From Azolla caroliniana (lineage: Eukaryota; Plantae; Polypodiophyta), in NCBI GenBank assembly GCA_043228905.1, contig JBHGNT010000012.1:20212001-20276000 (forward strand): DNA of 64,000 nt. The letters are read 5' to 3'. Under the pieces are notes generated by a model. The model was not told where the DNA came from, did no database searches, and worked only from the letters and a program-made list of their open reading frames with translations. Made by a program: the position numbers and the translations under genes. This document shows positions 62,613-64,000 of this stretch, piece by piece (positions within the stretch are counted from its first letter, which is position 1; each line of letters starts with the position of its first letter).

Positions 62613-64000
62613 ATTAACAAAAAACATATAACAAGTTTTCGGCTTGTGCTTACGATCCGAACAGATCTTCTTCCGAGATCAGATCTCCTTCTACTTATTG
62701 TTTGGGTGCTCTAATCATGCTTTTTAAGCATCTCGTGGCTGACCATGATTCTGTTTGATATGCAACTTGTGATCTTGATTTTAGCTCTCTAAATTTGGCC
62801 AGTCTATCACCATGGCTGCATCGATACCACTACTACTACTACAAGAAGCATGTTTGCTTCACCATTCTCTCCTGGGGAAGCTTCCATAAGATCTGTTGAT
62901 TGTTGTGGCCATTGTTTTGGGGCCGTGATTGCGATGGGTTACACCATTGCCAGATTCATTCTCGATCTCTACTCAGTTTTCCGGAAATTTGTCATTTCTC
63001 TCACTTTGTATTAAATCTGATTCTTAATCTACTTTTTCATTCATGTCTCGTTCCATCTCCACAAATTCTTCTTCGATTCTGAGTAAGAATCTCGCTTGAG
63101 TCACTTCAATTCCTTGGCTTCACTCAAGACTGAAGAATTTGTAGATATTGAACAAGGCATGAAATTAAAAGCACCGGACTGCATTTCCAACCATTTCCTT
63201 GAAGCTTTGAGCAAAAATTTATTGAGATAATAATTTATCCCTAAAATTTTACGGCCTGATTCCTTTTCAAAACAAGGAGCAATCAATGATTTCGCCAGAT
63301 TTTCTTGCATCTCGTACCATAACCTGCAACCTTCTCCTAATTTCTCGAAGGGTTATGTATAAAATCCTTTTATTTGTGAGATTACTATTCTTTTTTAGTA
63401 TAAGAAATTTTTAGTTTAAAATAATCATGGAAAATCAAATTCTGTATGGATTGATTAAATGCATGATCATTAATCGTGATGATCAAAGAAATGCTAATTA
63501 ATTAGTACAATGTGTTTGGAGTTCTTATTGAATCCGTGGATTCGGGATTGCTAAATCTTAATCAAAATGTTGATTCTAAGTTTGCTCAATTAGAGGCACT
63601 TCCATCAATCATGCCAAAATTTCCACTTCTAATCTTATCGAAACCGTTGACTCTTAAGTTGCTCAATTAGGGCTCACTTCCATTGATCATGTGAAATCTA
63701 TCACTTCTCTAAGTTGCTCAATTAGAGCTCACTTCCATTGATCATGCGAAATCTATCAGTTCTAGCACTCTTTAGCTAATAGAGTTAACACTATGCTAGA
63801 ATATATAGTGTTTTGCATTGTTCATTATTGTCCTTTTGTCCATCCATAGTGAGAACCCACTTGCCGTAGTTCGACCCATAATGCCTAAGACAACAAGATA
63901 CATAAGCTAGCAACATGTCAGTTGTCCGATGAAATAAGTAAAACTTGGTAGATCCAACTTAACTATAAATAAAGAAGCATCCAAGCACAAGCCTATGTAT

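Overview
This is eukaryotic land-plant nuclear DNA: AT-rich, microsatellite-rich, with TE-filled introns. A fern or other non-flowering plant is my guess, not something I can show. I can reconstruct four protein-coding genes by hand. (1) A two-exon S40/DUF584 senescence-regulator gene (minus strand, 8455-10292). (2) A 17-exon, ~1036-aa TFIIIC subunit 4 (GTF3C4/Tfc8/TFIIIC-delta-like, WD40 plus C-terminal zinc finger) gene (minus, 16170-40716), whose ~14-kb sixth intron is a nest of LINE, Copia and solo-LTR-like insertions. (3) An 11-exon CDPK-related kinase (CRK) gene (plus, 49127-53775). (4) An intronless VQ-motif gene (plus, 58723-60036). The rest is degraded retroelements, tandem repeats and microsatellites. 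The most striking observation is a perfect Pol III B-box/tRNA T-arm (GGTTCGAATCC, the TFIIIC binding site) 84-94 bp upstream of the TFIIIC-subunit ATG. An A-box-like motif overlaps that start codon on the opposite strand, and the two halves resemble an initiator tRNA-Met split by a microsatellite. This is a candidate TFIIIC autoregulatory element analogous to yeast ETC6/TFC6. All assignments come from manual reading and recalled family motifs; no searches were run.
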